From NCBI GenBank assembly GCA_030390025.1, contig CM059432.1, forward strand, positions 151,406,001 to 151,470,000: a stretch of DNA of 64,000 nt. The letters run 5' to 3'. The stretch is from Squalus acanthias. Its lineage: Eukaryota. Both the position numbers and the translations under genes were made by a program. The notes under the pieces are model-generated. The model was not told the origin of the DNA. It saw only the letters and a program-made list of their open reading frames with translations, and ran no database searches. Positions 36,875 through 51,066 of the stretch are shown here, one piece after another (positions within the stretch are counted from its first letter, which is position 1; each line of letters begins with the position of its first letter).

Positions 36875-38912
36875 CTGAAAAATAAAACATACAACATAAG
36901 GAAAAGAATGGGTCACTCGCCTAAGTCACATCCCGCTCAACGTTCTTTTCTCCTAAGAAAACGTAAAGCCACAAGTAGCAGAGTCAGAGTCAACTCTCAT
37001 CACTCTGCTCTGAACTCTCCCCAAAGCATCAATGTCTTTCTGATGGTAGCATGCCAAAATGCAATCTAACTGCTAATCTATACAAGATCAGAATAACTTG
37101 TCATAATCAAATGCCCTCAAAATGTACACGACTTAGTTTTGTCACCAACAGGTTCACAGACTGAAAACTTTGTGAATGATCAAAATTTACATCTTTTTCT
37201 ACCTTCGCTACCTCCTGCATGCAAGACTTGGCTGGTTTCTGTTGCAATATACATGTATCTATATTAAAATCTATTGGCATACCTTTAGATCTTAGCTCAT
37301 CTGCTTAAATGGCCCATATTCCTAAACATAGAACAAGTACAATTCTAGGTAATTCAGGGGAGAAGAGGGAAGAGAAAAAGATGTGAAAACAGAAGGAACA
37401 AGATTAATGAGAGTTTTCTGTTCATTACCAGATCATGTGGAAAATATGAATGTGTTGCAATCGGGAAATAAACAATTTCTTCAGCTACTGCAATATTCAG
37501 ATTTCACTTCAGTTGCTCACTTTGCCAAATTTCAACAGTAAATTTCCAATGCATCAATGTCCAATTAAGCATTATGGCAGAGAATAAAATCAGGAAGAAT
37601 CCTCAAACAACAATACCAATTTAAGCTGTAATTACTGGATTTTTTAAACATCGCTGAAGCTATGCCATGTATGATTCTTTTAATGGCCTCCTTTAGTTTG
37701 AACCCATGTATTGTTAATACTGTGTGACTTCTCATACCTCTACTCCCGAGCCAAATAAATGTGCGCCATCAAAAAGGAAGGCCAAGTACACAGGGCGTAA
37801 AGCTACACAGACCAGCAGGCAAATCTTACAAAGCTAGCCCATAGCATCAGATTAGTAGCTCCAAGCATTATGTCATATCACTGGTCAATGTCCTTCTGAA
37901 GCTAGTGTGCCAAAATGTGACCTAACTACTGACTGGGAGACTCATCCCCCAAATGAAGTACTTAATCGATTGTAATAGCTGGTAAGCCTGTTGATTGGCT
38001 ACTTTCATCTGGTGCAAGTCATACTGTACATCTTGCAGGCTACAGGAGATTTAATAGGTACCTCTTTGGCCTTCCCTTTTGACAAGAGTACATTTTATTT
38101 GCCTACATAATGATTACACATTGAAAGTGATGCACTGTTTGTGAAGTGCTTTCGGATGTCCTGAGGATATTAGAGGGCACGATGTCAATGCAAGCTCTTT
38201 CTATAATAGAATCCACTTTTGAATCTGGAATCACTTTTAGATGAGGGAGCTTGGAAAGAATTTCGCCCTTTATTTATAATTGATACAACTATCATGTTGG
38301 CGACTGCTGAGACATTGTGGGACTCGAGCTCTCCACAAGGAATGCTGAACAAATGGTCTACCTTAAGTATCAAACCAGCAGGCTGCATCTAGTCACACCA
38401 AATGTTTTTATCCCTCACTGATGAACCAGTTTAAAGGTTGCAAATTAAAACTCTCCTGTCCACCAGTTGTTTGTGCCAATATGTCCAGAATATACGTCAA
38501 GTGATTCAGGGAAACAGAGAACCCTCGTTATCACAATAAATTAGATAGCACTTGTTCATCGACCTTTACAACTTGTTCTCTGCCGTTAAGCGCACTTGGC
38601 AGTAATGGTTTTGGACCAGAATAAAGATTCTTCGAAATCCAAACCCAGCAGTTTCCAGCAGTACAGAATACCCAACCCAATTGGGTAATTGAATTACCCT
38701 GGAGCCCTTTTGCCAGAACTCCAAGTGGAGGCCCCCTCTCCCTACTCTTTCAGCTGAGGATTATGTGCAGCATTTCAACAAAAGAAATGGAAGAATAAAT
38801 TTTTTTAAATCAGTTTTTAAACTTTTCCTCTTTCTCTGCAATTTCTTAATTTTAAAAATCAAATGGTTTTACATTTAGTCACGTTGATAATGCAAACTTG
38901 GTCAAGACTTAC

Positions 38913-39100
38913 CCAGGATATCCTTGATACGAGGGGTATGGAGGACCCTGTGCCTGTGATAGCATACCAGTGCCTCCAACAGAAGCAGGTGTAGCAACAA
39001 TTGGAGCAGGACCGCTTGTGGCTGCAGGAGCTGCAGCTATTGGGAAAGTGGATCCAACAGCAGGAGGCGGGGGACGTGCAGGAGGCGGAGGTTTGGGTTG
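38913..39100 (-). CDS. PDCD6IP: ALIX proline-rich exon (PARPPPP, QAQGPPYPSYQGYPG)
   Basis: 188 bp, AG/GTAAGT boundaries; endophilin-type and CEP55-type (GPPY) motifs. Confidence 0.95.
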
Positions 39101-39595
39101 CTGTAAAAAAAGAGGGCTTGGAATGAGACTGGAGAGAACATTAAAAATAGAGCCATTTTATCATTCATCTGTCTATATGCTGAATGTATTCGCTGTAAAA
39201 TAAAATACAAGTATTGCAGCAGCATACACTTCTGGAGGTCCATTTAGCTGGAATGTTATCAGTAAACCACAACTGAATCATACTGTCCAACCACGATTAT
39301 TTCCCCTCAACATATTTACACCGCCACCCATATTAGTTAGTCCAAGCAGCATGGTCCAACTTTGTTACAACAAATTATTTCAGGATTTTATTTTAAAAAA
39401 CTCAAAAGTAACCAGTGTAATTTGAAGAGATAAGGCAGTCATAATTCGTTGACTGTTAGCCAGAGTATTCGCCAACATTCTGCTGGCAAATAATTTACAA
39501 GAAACTTTCACAGTATTGTTGATTAATGCAAATAAAATTGCTGCAATATTAAGTGGACTTTTGGTATAAAAATGATGACCATGAAGTAACAAAGT

Positions 39596-40992
39596 TGGGC
39601 ACCAATCTGCGTTCCACTAGAAAACCAGGGGCAAAGCTTTCCTGTGTGGGCTACTGTCGCAAAATCAAACCTGCTGACCCCACGCACACAGGAAATTGGT
39701 TAGCGCCGCTGCTCAAGAACACGGCAGTATTTTAAATCTTCATTATTGGGTACCTTTGTTGTGTGTGTGGAGCAGTAATACAACAGGAATGTCAAACATA
39801 CAACCCGCAGAACAGTCCCATCCGGCTCACGGTGTACTGTGCTGAAGAATGGACATGAATCGCCCAGGCACGGCTTCTCACAGCCTGGGAGAACTTCACG
39901 CTGCAGCAGAGGTGACGACCATAAACTGAATCAGATGATGAAGGGAAGAGATACACAAAGAGAGGAGAAGTGTGGGCTTAGGCTGGACTGGAAGAGTGTG
40001 AACAGAGTAGGGATAGGACATTGGAACTGGGGGGGGGGGGGGGGGGGGGGGGGGGGAGAGCGAGGGTGACAGGGGTCAGGGAGAAAGGGTCGAGGATGGG
40101 GGCTCGTGGTAGAGAGGGGACTCGGGAATGGGGTAGGGGTTGTGTGGCCCAGCATTTCCTCCAGAGCCAAGTGCAGCAGCAACATAAGGAGTGGGAACGG
40201 TGCTGAGAGAGGAGCAGCCCATAAAGAAGTGAGTGAATGAAACCTGGGGCTTTCACTGTGGGTAAATAGTGAAAGATTGTTTCCACTGGTGGGTAACAAA
40301 GGGACAGAGACAGTAACAAAAGGAATTGCAAGCTCCGATTTACATCGCAAGCTCCAATCTCTGCCATTCACGGGCTGGAAGAGGAGGGCAGAAGCCGCAA
40401 GCCCACTCCCTCAGCTCCTGTCTCGAGGCAATAAACCCCACAAGGGACCCCAGGCTTGTTACCCCCACCTCAACTGTCGGTTCCTCACTCAGGATCTTGG
40501 AGTATTTGTAGTTGGGGCCTGAAGCTCATCCGGAGGCAGCTTACCCAACGTTGGGTTTAAATTTGGGCTTGCTGCATCGCCAGTAGGTCCAAGGGAAGGG
40601 GCGGAGGAAAATGCAGCGAGCGGGCTGGCAGTGGAACTGAAAGAGGCGCGGCGCTTTGTTTCCCCTACTGTTTCAACAGCCTCCAGCAGTTCCTTTAAGG
40701 ACTGCTGTTAAGGACCGCTGTAGAACTTGAAAAACGAGTCGGAGCTTGCATGGTGCGTACTCCACCTAGTTTTTCCACACATTTTGCAGAAGGGCCCTGA
40801 AACAGGCGCAGGAACTTTCTTTGCATATTTAAATTGATCCACCTCTGATTTCAGGCAGCAGCCAGGTACACATCAAAACCGAGAACCAATATGGCCATGC
40901 TGCCAGTGCAGGACCTCACACCCAGAAACTGATGTACAATGCACCCATTTTATGCCCAAAAGACAGACGAACCGCATACCAATTTCTACCTC
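39596..40992. mobile_element. Probable degraded non-autonomous Harbinger-type element
   Basis: GC-rich block ending CCAATTTCTACCTC, similar to the other TIRs in the window; left end unclear; contains a long G run at about 40029-40056. Confidence 0.4.
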
Positions 40993-41544
40993 GAGTGTGT
41001 CCAAATAACTTTTCCTGAATGTGGACCACCCAAAGTGCCAGGATGTCAGATCAGGCCCACCATATAAAATGAGTTTGACACCTGTAATCCAGGATCAGCA
41101 ATTTCTAGCAATGTCTCTACAATAATTCCTGAAATTGCCTGAGTGGTACTGAAGGATAGATTTTAGGGAGCTATTTACTGCTGGAGACACAAGGTTCCTA
41201 AAGTAGTGACAGAAAGTCTTTGCTACAAGACACAGATTGAAAGAGACAAACATCAGGAATGTAGAGAGGAAGCTATTATGAAAGGAGTAAGTTTTTAATT
41301 ATTAAATCACTAAACTCCTAAGTACTTGCAAAATTTAAATTATTGGTGCCATACCTGATTTTATGAATGATAATAAAAACGAACATTAATTAAATGAATG
41401 AACAGCAAAAAACAGCTGAAAAAGGCAAATGCTGGAAATGAAAAATAGAAAGTGTTAGAAATGCACAATAGAGCCTCAACTTGTTCCATGAAAGACGAAT
41501 TCACACGTACCTCCTTCCGTCTAGTCCTAGAAATTGTAGCACTA

Positions 41545-43215
41545 AAAACAACCTACATTTATAAAGCATCTTTGACATAGCAAAACAACCCAAGGCGCTT
41601 AACAAGAGGTGTAATCAGACAAAATTGGACGCTGAGCCAAATGGGGGGGGGGGGGGGGGGGAAGAATTGTAGAGCTCGAAGAGGTTACAGAAATAGAGAG
41701 GGAAGAATCCATGAAGGGATCTAAGCACAAAGATGAGAATTTTAAATTGGAGGCATCAAGGGATGGGGAGCCAATATAAGTCAGCAATGACAGGCGAGAT
41801 AAGCGAGTTGGACCAAGGGCAGTAAAAGATAGGGTGTAGGATGGGAGGTCAGCCACGAGACCATTAGAATATTCATGTCACGAGAATGACAAAGGCATGG
41901 ATGAAGGTTTCAGCAGCAGATGGACTGAGGCAGGGGCAGAAGTAGAATTAGACTTTGCTTGTGATGGAGAGGAAGGGGTCAGAAACTCAGCTCGGGGTGG
42001 GAGATGGAATTGGTGGCGACGGTACGACGGGCTGAGGATGATGGTGCCAGTCTTCCCAATGTTTAACTGGCAAAAATTGGGGCTTATCCAAAAGTGACAA
42101 TTGGACAAGCAGTCTGACAACAAAGAGGCAGTGTTGGGGGTGGGGGTGGTGGAGAGAAAGAGAAGTAGCAGATGAACGATGCTCTCAGAGTGACAAAGCC
42201 ATCTATGAGATCCTTGTACATTTTGTTGGAGGAGAGTGTTGAGAGAGCAGGGGAAACTGGCTCGAGGAGATGATTAGTAGTGGAGAAAAGGGCTATCTTT
42301 GTTCTTCAGGGTCACTCTGGAGTAGTGCGTGTTTTTTGCAGTGGAGAGTGAAGCCCAATAGTGTTTGATGCAGTCCAGCCAGAGCTGGTGATGGATGGTT
42401 AAGCAAGTTACGTGGCAGATATGCTCAAGTCTGCACCCCTCAGACTTGAGAGAGTGAAGATGGGGGCCACACCAGGATGGGAGAGAGTAAAGGTATTGCT
42501 CGGACAAGGGAATCAAGGTGGACATGAGGGAGTCGTTACGCCTATAGACGGCTGCAGAAGTATTGCAGTGAATTGAGGCCCAAAGGCTAGGCAGTTGGGA
42601 TTTAGAAAGTGCAGTGGGAAGTGATTTGGGGACAGTAGGCAACAAGGATTTTAAAAGATGCAAGAGGGCTGGAATGAGGTGAGGTGCTCTAAGGAGGAGA
42701 AGGTACCTAAGGATTAGGGGGAGAAACCAAGGTGCGATTTGGTGTTAAGCACCACACCGTCACTGTGGCAGTTTCAGCAGGGCAGGTGATGAAATGTATA
42801 GCCAAGTGGGGAGGCATCAGTGCGGGGCAAGGAGTCACCACCCGTGAGCCAAGTTTCAGTCAAAGCCAGCATGTCAATGCAATCAGCCATACTAAGGCTG
42901 TGCATGGCAATGGCCTTGTTCATGAGTGAACGCACATTCTGGAGGGAATGCAGAGAGAAATGTTGGTCCACTGGCAAAGTCCAAGGCGGCAGTGGTAGGT
43001 GGGGTGAGCGAGACGGGGAAGGAGGTTGGTGAGGTCAGCGGGCGTGCTGGACGGTAAGTGGGTGAGAGAAGGGAATGGGAGTTGCTACTAGTAAGGAGGT
43101 CGCAACAGGTGACTCGATGCAGCCTTTGGGGAATGCCAAGAGAGGCAGAGAGAGTAGCAGCTTATCCAAGTGGGATTGAAGCCTGAAACGGTGGCAGGAA
43201 AGCAGAAAGGCAGAG
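41545..43215 (-). mobile_element. Degraded L2-clade LINE
   Basis: Endonuclease start SLQNVRSLMNK..LALTETWL, C-terminal LSDCLS..W...NF.QLNIGKT and an L2-type tail. Confidence 0.8.
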
Positions 43216-44986
43216 TCATCGTAATGGGTTGTGGTCAATGTTCCCGCTAAGCTAAGCGGTCGCGCGGCTGTCTGCTTACCGGCTTTTAAGTGGGAGATTT
43301 TGAATGGGCCACGCAGCCTGCGCACCCCAAAAAAAATTAGGGGGAACATTGGCTGTGGTAGGGACTTTCTGGGGGTGGGGTGGGGTGGCAGAGTATCCAT
43401 GAGGGGAGAAATGAAAGGTAGCACGACTGGTTGACAGGAAGGGGAGGAGACAAGACAGAATGGCCCAAGAGAAAAATAAGGAGCATGAAGTAATGGGCGG
43501 AGGTCCGGAATGGCAAGGCAAAATGCACATGCGTATGGAGGTTATTTGGCGATAGCTCTTCAACTGAAGCTACCTACACTGATCCCATTTTCCTGCCTTT
43601 TCCGCATATCTTTTTACATTCTTCCTTTTCAAAAACCTTCAGACAACTTGAGATCTTCCTCTTGGAGTCTCAATCTCTCTGGTCTAAACATGGACTTCAA
43701 CAACTTCATACCTTAGCTCCCTCCCCAATATTCCTGCTGGATTCTCGCAGTAGAGGTCATTCATATTCTGCTCCTTTCGTTTCGTCACTTTGAAACCACT
43801 GTTATGTTGCACTAGTGCTTTCAGCAACAAGTAAAGACCAGGACTTCCAAATCTGGCAAATTTACCTCAAGTGCTGCTGGCAGCTACTCAAGACCTACAC
43901 ATCAAGAGCCAGCAGCATTCACAAAATAAATACACTGTTTTCTTTCATGTATCTGTCCAAGATGACCTTTGCATACAGCATTTAACACTTTTCAATATTT
44001 CAACGTCCATTAGTAGACTTATAAACCAATTAGTTCCACCGTTGAAAGCAATTAACATGTTGCACTCTTGGCTCTGTTGCTGTCCCCCTCCCCAGTTTTG
44101 TCAACCAAGAAAAAGGCTTCTCTGATCTCACCATATTGGTTCTGATGAAGGGTTACATCCAACACAACCTAGATTTCCCTTTCAGATGCTAATTCACCTG
44201 CTGTGTATTTCCAACATTTTCTTTTATTGATAAAAAATCGTTCATTTTCCAAATACATTATAGCTAAACTATGAATTAAGGTTGCCTGGTGCATTCTCCA
44301 TAAAATTAATTATTTCAATTTTTTTGTGCAGGAGTTATGACAAGTTTTTAAATCCAGAAATATAAAAAACACATTTTGGCCTGAATGTGCAGATGGTATG
44401 TGCACCGTCATACTGTCTTTGAAACTGACCGCAAGTTCGGGATTTCCGCATGCTCATGCACTAAATCTCAAACTTGCGATCTGTCAAGTTCTGATTGCAC
44501 ATATGCTTTGCTGCGTCTCAGAGTAATTATGCTGAAAATTAAGTCTGGTGCAAACACGCGCAGGAAGCCTGTTGCACAGCGTAAGGGGACCAGATGAGAA
44601 AATTGCATTACAAAAAGATCTGCAACAAGACAATGCTATAATGGGAGATTTGTTTTAGGAGGTTATCATAATGAAGTGTTTGCAAGCACACTGAATAAAG
44701 CATTAAATGAGTGGTTTGTAAATATTTTTTTTTTTTTTTTTTAAATGAGAAGTTAATAATCAGTGTAAGTAATGAGAGACTTGTATTGCCAGTATGTCAT
44801 GTAAGAGCTTTGTAACAACTGATGTTTGGGAATTTTGAATAAACATACTTTGTTCTAATGAGAGATTTACAATGACAGATTGCTACCATGAGAAGATTGC
44901 AGTTACAGAATTTATAATGGCAGCCTTTTAGTGTTAAGATTCCACTTCGGAGTCATGTATATCTGTATAAAGGAGAGACGAAGAAA

Positions 44987-46533
44987 GGTCCCCGATAATC
45001 TACATCTGAGGGTACTTAAGGAACTGGCTCTAGAAATAGTAGATGCATTGCTGGTCATCTTCCAAAATTCTATAGACTCTGGAACAGTACCCATGGATTG
45101 GAGGGTAGCTAATGCAAACCCACTATTTAAAAAAGGTGGGAGAGAATAAACGGGGAATTATAGACCGGTAAGCCTGACATCGGTAGTGGGGAAAATGCTA
45201 GAGTCCATTATAAAAGATGTAATAGCAGAGCACTTGGAAAACAGTGACAGGATTGGACAAAGTCAACATGGATTTACAAAAGGTAAATCATGCTTGACTA
45301 ATCTACTGGAATTTTTTGAGGATGTAACTGGTAGAATAGATAAGGGAGAACCAGTGGATGTGGTGTATTTGGACTTTCAGAAGGCTTTTGATAAGGTCCC
45401 GCATAAGAGATTAGCGTGCAAAGTTAAAGCACGTGGGATTGGGGGTAAGGTACTGACTTGGATAGAGAACTGGTTGGCAGACAGGAAGCAAAGAGTTGGA
45501 ATAAACGGGTCTTTTTCCGAGTGGCAGGCAGTGACTAGTGGGGTACCGCAGGGATCGGTGCTAGGACCCCAGTTATTCACAATATATATATTAATGATCT
45601 AGACGAGGGAACTAGATGTAATATCTCCAAGTTTGCACACGACACAAAGCTGGGTGGGCGTGTGTGCTGTGAGGAGGATGCAGAGAAACTCCAGTATCAT
45701 TTGGACAAGTTGGGTGATTGGGCAGATGCATGGCGAGGTTATCCACTTTGGTGGCAAAAACAGGAAGGCTGATTATATGAACGGCAATAGATTGGGAAAA
45801 GGGGAAGTGCAACGAGACCTGGGAGTCCTTGTGCACCAGTCGCTGAAGGTAAGCATGCAGGTGCAGCAGGCGGTTAAGAAGGCAAATGGTATGTTGGCCT
45901 TCATAGCGAGAGGATTCGAGTACAGGAGCAAGGATGTCTTGCTGCAGTTGTACAGGGCCTTGGTGAGACCACACCTTGAGTATTGTGTGCAGTTTTGGTC
46001 GCCTTATTTGAGGAAGGATGTTCTTGCCATGGAGGGAGTGCAGCGAAGATTCACCAGACTGATACCTGGGATGGCAGGAATGACGTATGGAGAGAGATTG
46101 GGACGATTGGGCTTGTATTCGCTAGAGTTTAGAAGAATGAGAGGGGATCTCATTGAAACTTATAAAATTCTAACAGGACTAGACAGACTAGATGCAGGAA
46201 GGATGTTCCCGATGGCGGGAGTCCAGAACCAGGGGTCACAGTCTAAGGATAAGGGGTAAGCCATTTAGGACTGAGATGAGGAGGAATTTCTTCACCCAGA
46301 GAGTGGTGAACCTGTGGAATTCTCTACCACAGAAGGCAGTTGAGGCCAATTCATTAAATATATTCAAGAAGGAGTTAGATATATTTCTCAAGGCTAAAGG
46401 GATCAAGGGATATGGGGAGAAAGCAGGGACAGGGTACTGAATTTGGATGATCAGCCATGATCACATTGAATGGCAGAGCAGGCTCGAGGGGCCGAATGGC
46501 CTACTCCTGCTCCTATCTTCTATGATTCTATGA
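44987..46533 (+). mobile_element. CR1 LINE ORF2, 5'-truncated, with 3' tail
   Basis: [45 protein letters not shown] and RRMRGDLIETYKI; tail (TTCTATGA)n. Confidence 0.95.
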
Positions 46534-47344
46534 AAATTAATCCATGAAATGTCACCAAGGGAGCAAAAGCAATTTTTGGAGTGGCTTCGGATAATTAGTT
46601 GCCAATCGCAGATTTTAACAAGGAATCAAATGGACAGGAGGTGTTTATAAAGGCAGATTAAAAACTGTAGGCAACCAAATGTCATAAAAATGTTAAGCAA
46701 GCTCAATGCAAAATGATGAAATTGTTCATAAAATGTATGCTAGTTCAGCTCTAGATATATATATTTTTTAAATTCGTTTATGGGATGTGGGCGTCGCTGG
46801 CAAGGCCAGCATTTATTGCCCATCCCTAATTGCCCTCGAGAAGGTGGTGGTGAGCCGCCTTCTTGAACCTCTGCAGTCTCCCACCCAGAGTACATTCTGT
46901 GCTCTTGCTACTCAGTGCTACTTCCAAGTGGTGTTCAACATGAAGGAGTACTGATTCATCAGTGTCTAGTGCCTAGTGTCTTTGTGCCCAAAATGAGCAG
47001 CTTAATTTTTAGAGCCTTCTCAAAGACCTGCAAGCAAGCAGAATCTCCCAATGGTGATTAATTCATCCTGGGGGAGGGGACAGTTTTGTGGGCGGGGCCA
47101 GCTTCTAGCACGCGGTTTTTTAAACTAATGCAAAAGAAACTCAATTTGCGCTAAACGTAATTTGGGCTTAAAAATCTGCGATCTTTCGCGCGGGTTGCGC
47201 TGACTTCGGGTGAATTGTGCCGGGAAAAAACAGCTCGACTGAGTAGAAACTCCCCCCCGCCGACGTTTATCTTAGATGCACTTAAACCAGTTTATACACT
47301 TCAGGCTATATAAAGTCTCAAATGCTGTTGATCAGTCTACTTAC

Positions 47345-47474
47345 AAATACAGTTCTGGGTGCAGGAGTTGGAACAGCTGGGGTGGTTCCTCCAATAACAG
47401 CAGCAGTCTGGTATGCAGGTGCTACTGGAATATTCGGTGCACTGGGTTCTCTGGCTATGCTCTGCTGTAAATCC
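47345..47474 (-). CDS. PDCD6IP: ALIX exon (DLQQSIAREPSAP...PTPAPRTVF)
   Basis: 130 bp, AG/GTAAGT; PSAP (TSG101-binding) and PTPAPR motifs. Confidence 0.95.
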
Positions 47475-47724
47475 CTAACAAAAATGAGAAGAAAGAAACA
47501 TCAGCAACCTTAATATCTAAGCATTCCTTTATATGCACCTTTTTCTGTAGAGTTTCACGAACACATAAAACTATAGATCAAGGCAAGGTAAAAAATTAGA
47601 GTGGAGGCAGCCATGTGTGATGCCTTCAACATCATGAAGTCACCAAATGTATTAAAGGGGCTTCATCCCTTATGCGACTGTTTGACAGTAGGATGGGAGC
47701 TGCTACCAGCCCAGTAGTACCACA

Positions 47725-49320
47725 GAAACATGGGAACAGGAGACCACCATTCAGTCCCTTGAACCTGTTCCGCCATTCAATGAGATCATGGCTGATATTT
47801 GTCTTAACTCCATCCACCTACTTTGGCTCCATATCCTTTTATACCCCTGTCTAGCAAAAAAATCAATCTCAGATTTAGAATTATTAATTGAGCTAGCATC
47901 TACTGCTTTTTGTGGGAGAGTTTCCTAACTTCTCTCCTGAAAAGCTTCGCTCTGATTTTATGGTTATGTCCCCTTGTCCTAGACTCCCCTACCTGTGGAA
48001 AAAGTTTCTCTCTATCTACCCCATCAATTCCTTTCAAAATCCTAAAACTTCAATCAAATCACCCCTTAACCTAGGAATACAAGCCTAGTTTATGTCTCCT
48101 TATATTCTAACCCTTGGAGCCCTGGTAACATTCTGGTGAATCTTTCCAAGGCCAATATATTCTTTCTAAGGTGCGGTGCCCAGAACTGTACACAGTACTC
48201 CAGATGTGGTCTAACCAGGGCTTTGTATAGCTGTATCAAAACTTCCTACCCTTTATACTCTAGCCCTCTAATTATAAAGGCTAACATTCCATTAGCCTTT
48301 TTGCTTATTTTTTGTACCCGGCGACTACATTTTAGTGATGTCTACATGGACCCCCTAAAGCTCTTTGGACCTCCACTGTTCCTAGCTCTTCACTATTTAA
48401 ATACTTTTTGGTTCAAAATGGATCATCTGCCACAGTTCGCCCACTCACTTAATCGATCAATGTCTCTTTGTAATTTTATGCTCCCATCTACATTACTTAC
48501 TACACTACCAATCTTTGTATTATTGGCAAACTTGGATATATGGCTCTCTATTTTGTCATTAATAAAAAGTGAATAGTTAAGGCCCCAGCACATATCCTAG
48601 TGTGACACCACCAGTCACTTCCTTCCAATTCGAGTACATACCCATTATGCCTACTCTCTGTCTTCTACCGCCTAACCAAGTCAATAATTTGCCTTCAATT
48701 CCATGAGCTTTAGCTATCAGTCTCTTATGCAGAGCCTTATCAAATGCCTTCTGGAAGTCCATATAAACTACATCCATAGACATTCCCCGTCTACTAAAGT
48801 TACTTCCTCAAAAAATTAAAAACACTTCGTTAGACATGACCTACTCGTTACAAATCCTTGTTGGTTTTTCTCTAATCAGCTCAAATTTCTCAAGTGCTCA
48901 GTCACTGTCCTTAATTATAGATTCCAATAACTTCCCCACAACAGACGATAGACTAACAGGCCTATCATTTCACAGTTTCTCTCACCTTTCTTAAATACTG
49001 GAGTTACATTTACAATTTTCCAATCTAAAAGGCACAATTCCTGAATTGAGAGAACCTTGAAATATTATGGCTCAAGCATCTGCAATTTCCTCACCTACTT
49101 CCTTTAAAACCATGGGATGGAAACCATCCGGTCCTGGGGATTTGTCAGTCTTCAGTGCCATTATTTTTTTCTAATACTGTTTTCTTGCTTATGTTAACTT
49201 TAGTGAGTTCCAGTCCTTGATTCATTATTAAATTTCCCTAGAATGTCAGGTAGAGTATTTTCTTCCTCTACTGTGAAGACTGACACAAAGTAATTATTCA
49301 ACAAGTCTGCCATTTCCTAT
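47725..49320 (-). mobile_element. Degraded CR1 LINE
   Basis: [12 protein letters not shown] and other decayed CR1 ORF2 segments plus tail. Confidence 0.85.
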
Positions 49321-49670
49321 CCTCATTTGCAATATTAGCCCATCACCCTTGACTACCTTTTTTCTTCTAATATATTTCAAAACAATATATGGACCTTTCC
49401 TCTCAACAACCACCTCTTTTTCTTAACTGTACTTACAATACAAGTCGTTATTCCTAATTCTTAACTTTAGTCATAAATAGAATTGTGGCACTTGAAAGTA
49501 AGGTTGGAACACTGGATTCAGAAAGAAAAATTGTTTGCAAGGAAACATGAAGCCAGACATCATTCAGCAAGAAGTAATTGCTTAACAGCAACAGAAGAGT
49601 ATTTGTGAAATCAAACGTCACACAAAATGATCAAGACTGCTGTAGGAATATACAGAAAATTTCTACTCAC

Positions 49671-49765
49671 TTTAAAAGTTCATCCCTTTCGGTCTTGCGA
49701 GCAAACACGATGTCAGAACATTTTGTTTGGAATTTCAGGAGGAATTCGGTAAACCCATTGTAGAA
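49671..49765 (-). CDS. PDCD6IP: ALIX exon ([32 protein letters not shown])
   Basis: 95 bp, TAG/GTGAGT; end of the V domain. Confidence 0.96.
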
Positions 49766-50429
49766 CTACAAATGAGAGATATTTATGCATACTATTATGA
49801 CAATATATTGATGGTTGCCCTCATCTTGTCTTAGCGATGTTATCACTATGAAGCAACTGATAGTTAACCCCTGCTTTGGTTATATAAAAGTAGAAAACTA
49901 AAGTCATAAAAAGTCTTGCTTTGGATATGGTTGCTTTTGAAATTGTGGGGGGGGCGGCGGGTTCTACACCAACTGTTCTGTATTTGAAATCCTGGATTGG
50001 ATACTAGTTGAAGTTAATGTTGTACTCTTCATGGATGCTTTCTGCCACTCACACATTAGTGCAGATCTCTGCCTACGGGTCTGTAGACATTCCTTTAAAG
50101 TGTCTCCACCGATGCTGCCTGACCTGTTAAGTTTTTCCAGAATTTCCTGTTTATATTCCTTTAAAGGTAGTGCAGTGCTTGAGAGCTCAATTGGGTAAGT
50201 GGGAGCATGAAAATCTCCAGCTTGAAGCCGTTGAGACCTCTCTACTGTCCTATTACTTGAACCCTTGAAAGGGTACTTTTGCAGCTACATAAATTCTGCT
50301 TATGTTTGTACCCCCTAGTCTTATTGGGCTAGCCTTGTTTTTTTGAAGACGGAAACCTTCAAACCTTAAACAGCTTTTACACTGCTGGATTTTTTGCACT
50401 TTGATAATCTGCTGTGCACTAAAGACAAA

Positions 50430-50667
50430 GGCCCGGAATGTGCAGTCAGCGGCGAAGCAAAGGCGGGGTGGGGAGGGGGGATAAAGAGAGAAAAGAGGGG
50501 GAGCCACAGCGCAGCCAGTCTCGGAGCAGCGAATGACTGACCGCAACTTCAGGATTTCCGCGTTTAGATGCGCATGCACTACATCCTGAAGTTGTGGTCA
50601 GTTTCAAAGGGGTAATAATGGTGAACGCTGTTAATTCGTCGTTATTACCCACCACAAATTCCGGCCC
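50430..50667. mobile_element. Short MITE
   Basis: Imperfect TIRs GGCCCGGAATGTG and CACAAATTCCGGCCC; related fragments at about 2570-2670 and 44378-44480. Confidence 0.6.
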
Positions 50668-50931
50668 ACTGTCTTGCACTTTACAGCAGAAAGTTGAAAA
50701 AATGCGAGAGATGTAGTATAACAGTGAAGTTTTCCAGTTACGGTTTTGTTAAATCACCACTTGAAAATATTTGAACTGAACGCTTTAAAATATTGTACAA
50801 ACTTAAAACTGATCTGCGATTTAAATTATGGACAGTGTACTATGTGAAATGTTTAATGACCATTATATTATACAAGGATACAAACACTTAAAATGTTCAT
50901 TTTTTTTCAAAAAATAAAATGAAAAACTCAC

Positions 50932-51066
50932 TTTTGTTCCTTCTGTCAAGTTACTAACAAGTTCAACAAACTGATCATGTGCTGCTGCCAACTTCTTAAG
51001 TATTTCGTCCCTCTGATTAGCATCTGTGTTCAACTGTGTCGACTTCGAAAATTCTTCATGAGCATT
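50932..51066 (-). CDS. PDCD6IP: ALIX exon (NAHEEFSK...FVELVSNLTEGTK)
   Basis: 135 bp, TAG/GTGAGT, phase 0-0. Confidence 0.95.

Noticed and set aside
40029..40056. Long G homopolymers (also about 41643-41661) as functional G-quadruplexes
   Set aside because: They lie inside decayed repeats, and homopolymer length is error-prone in assemblies.
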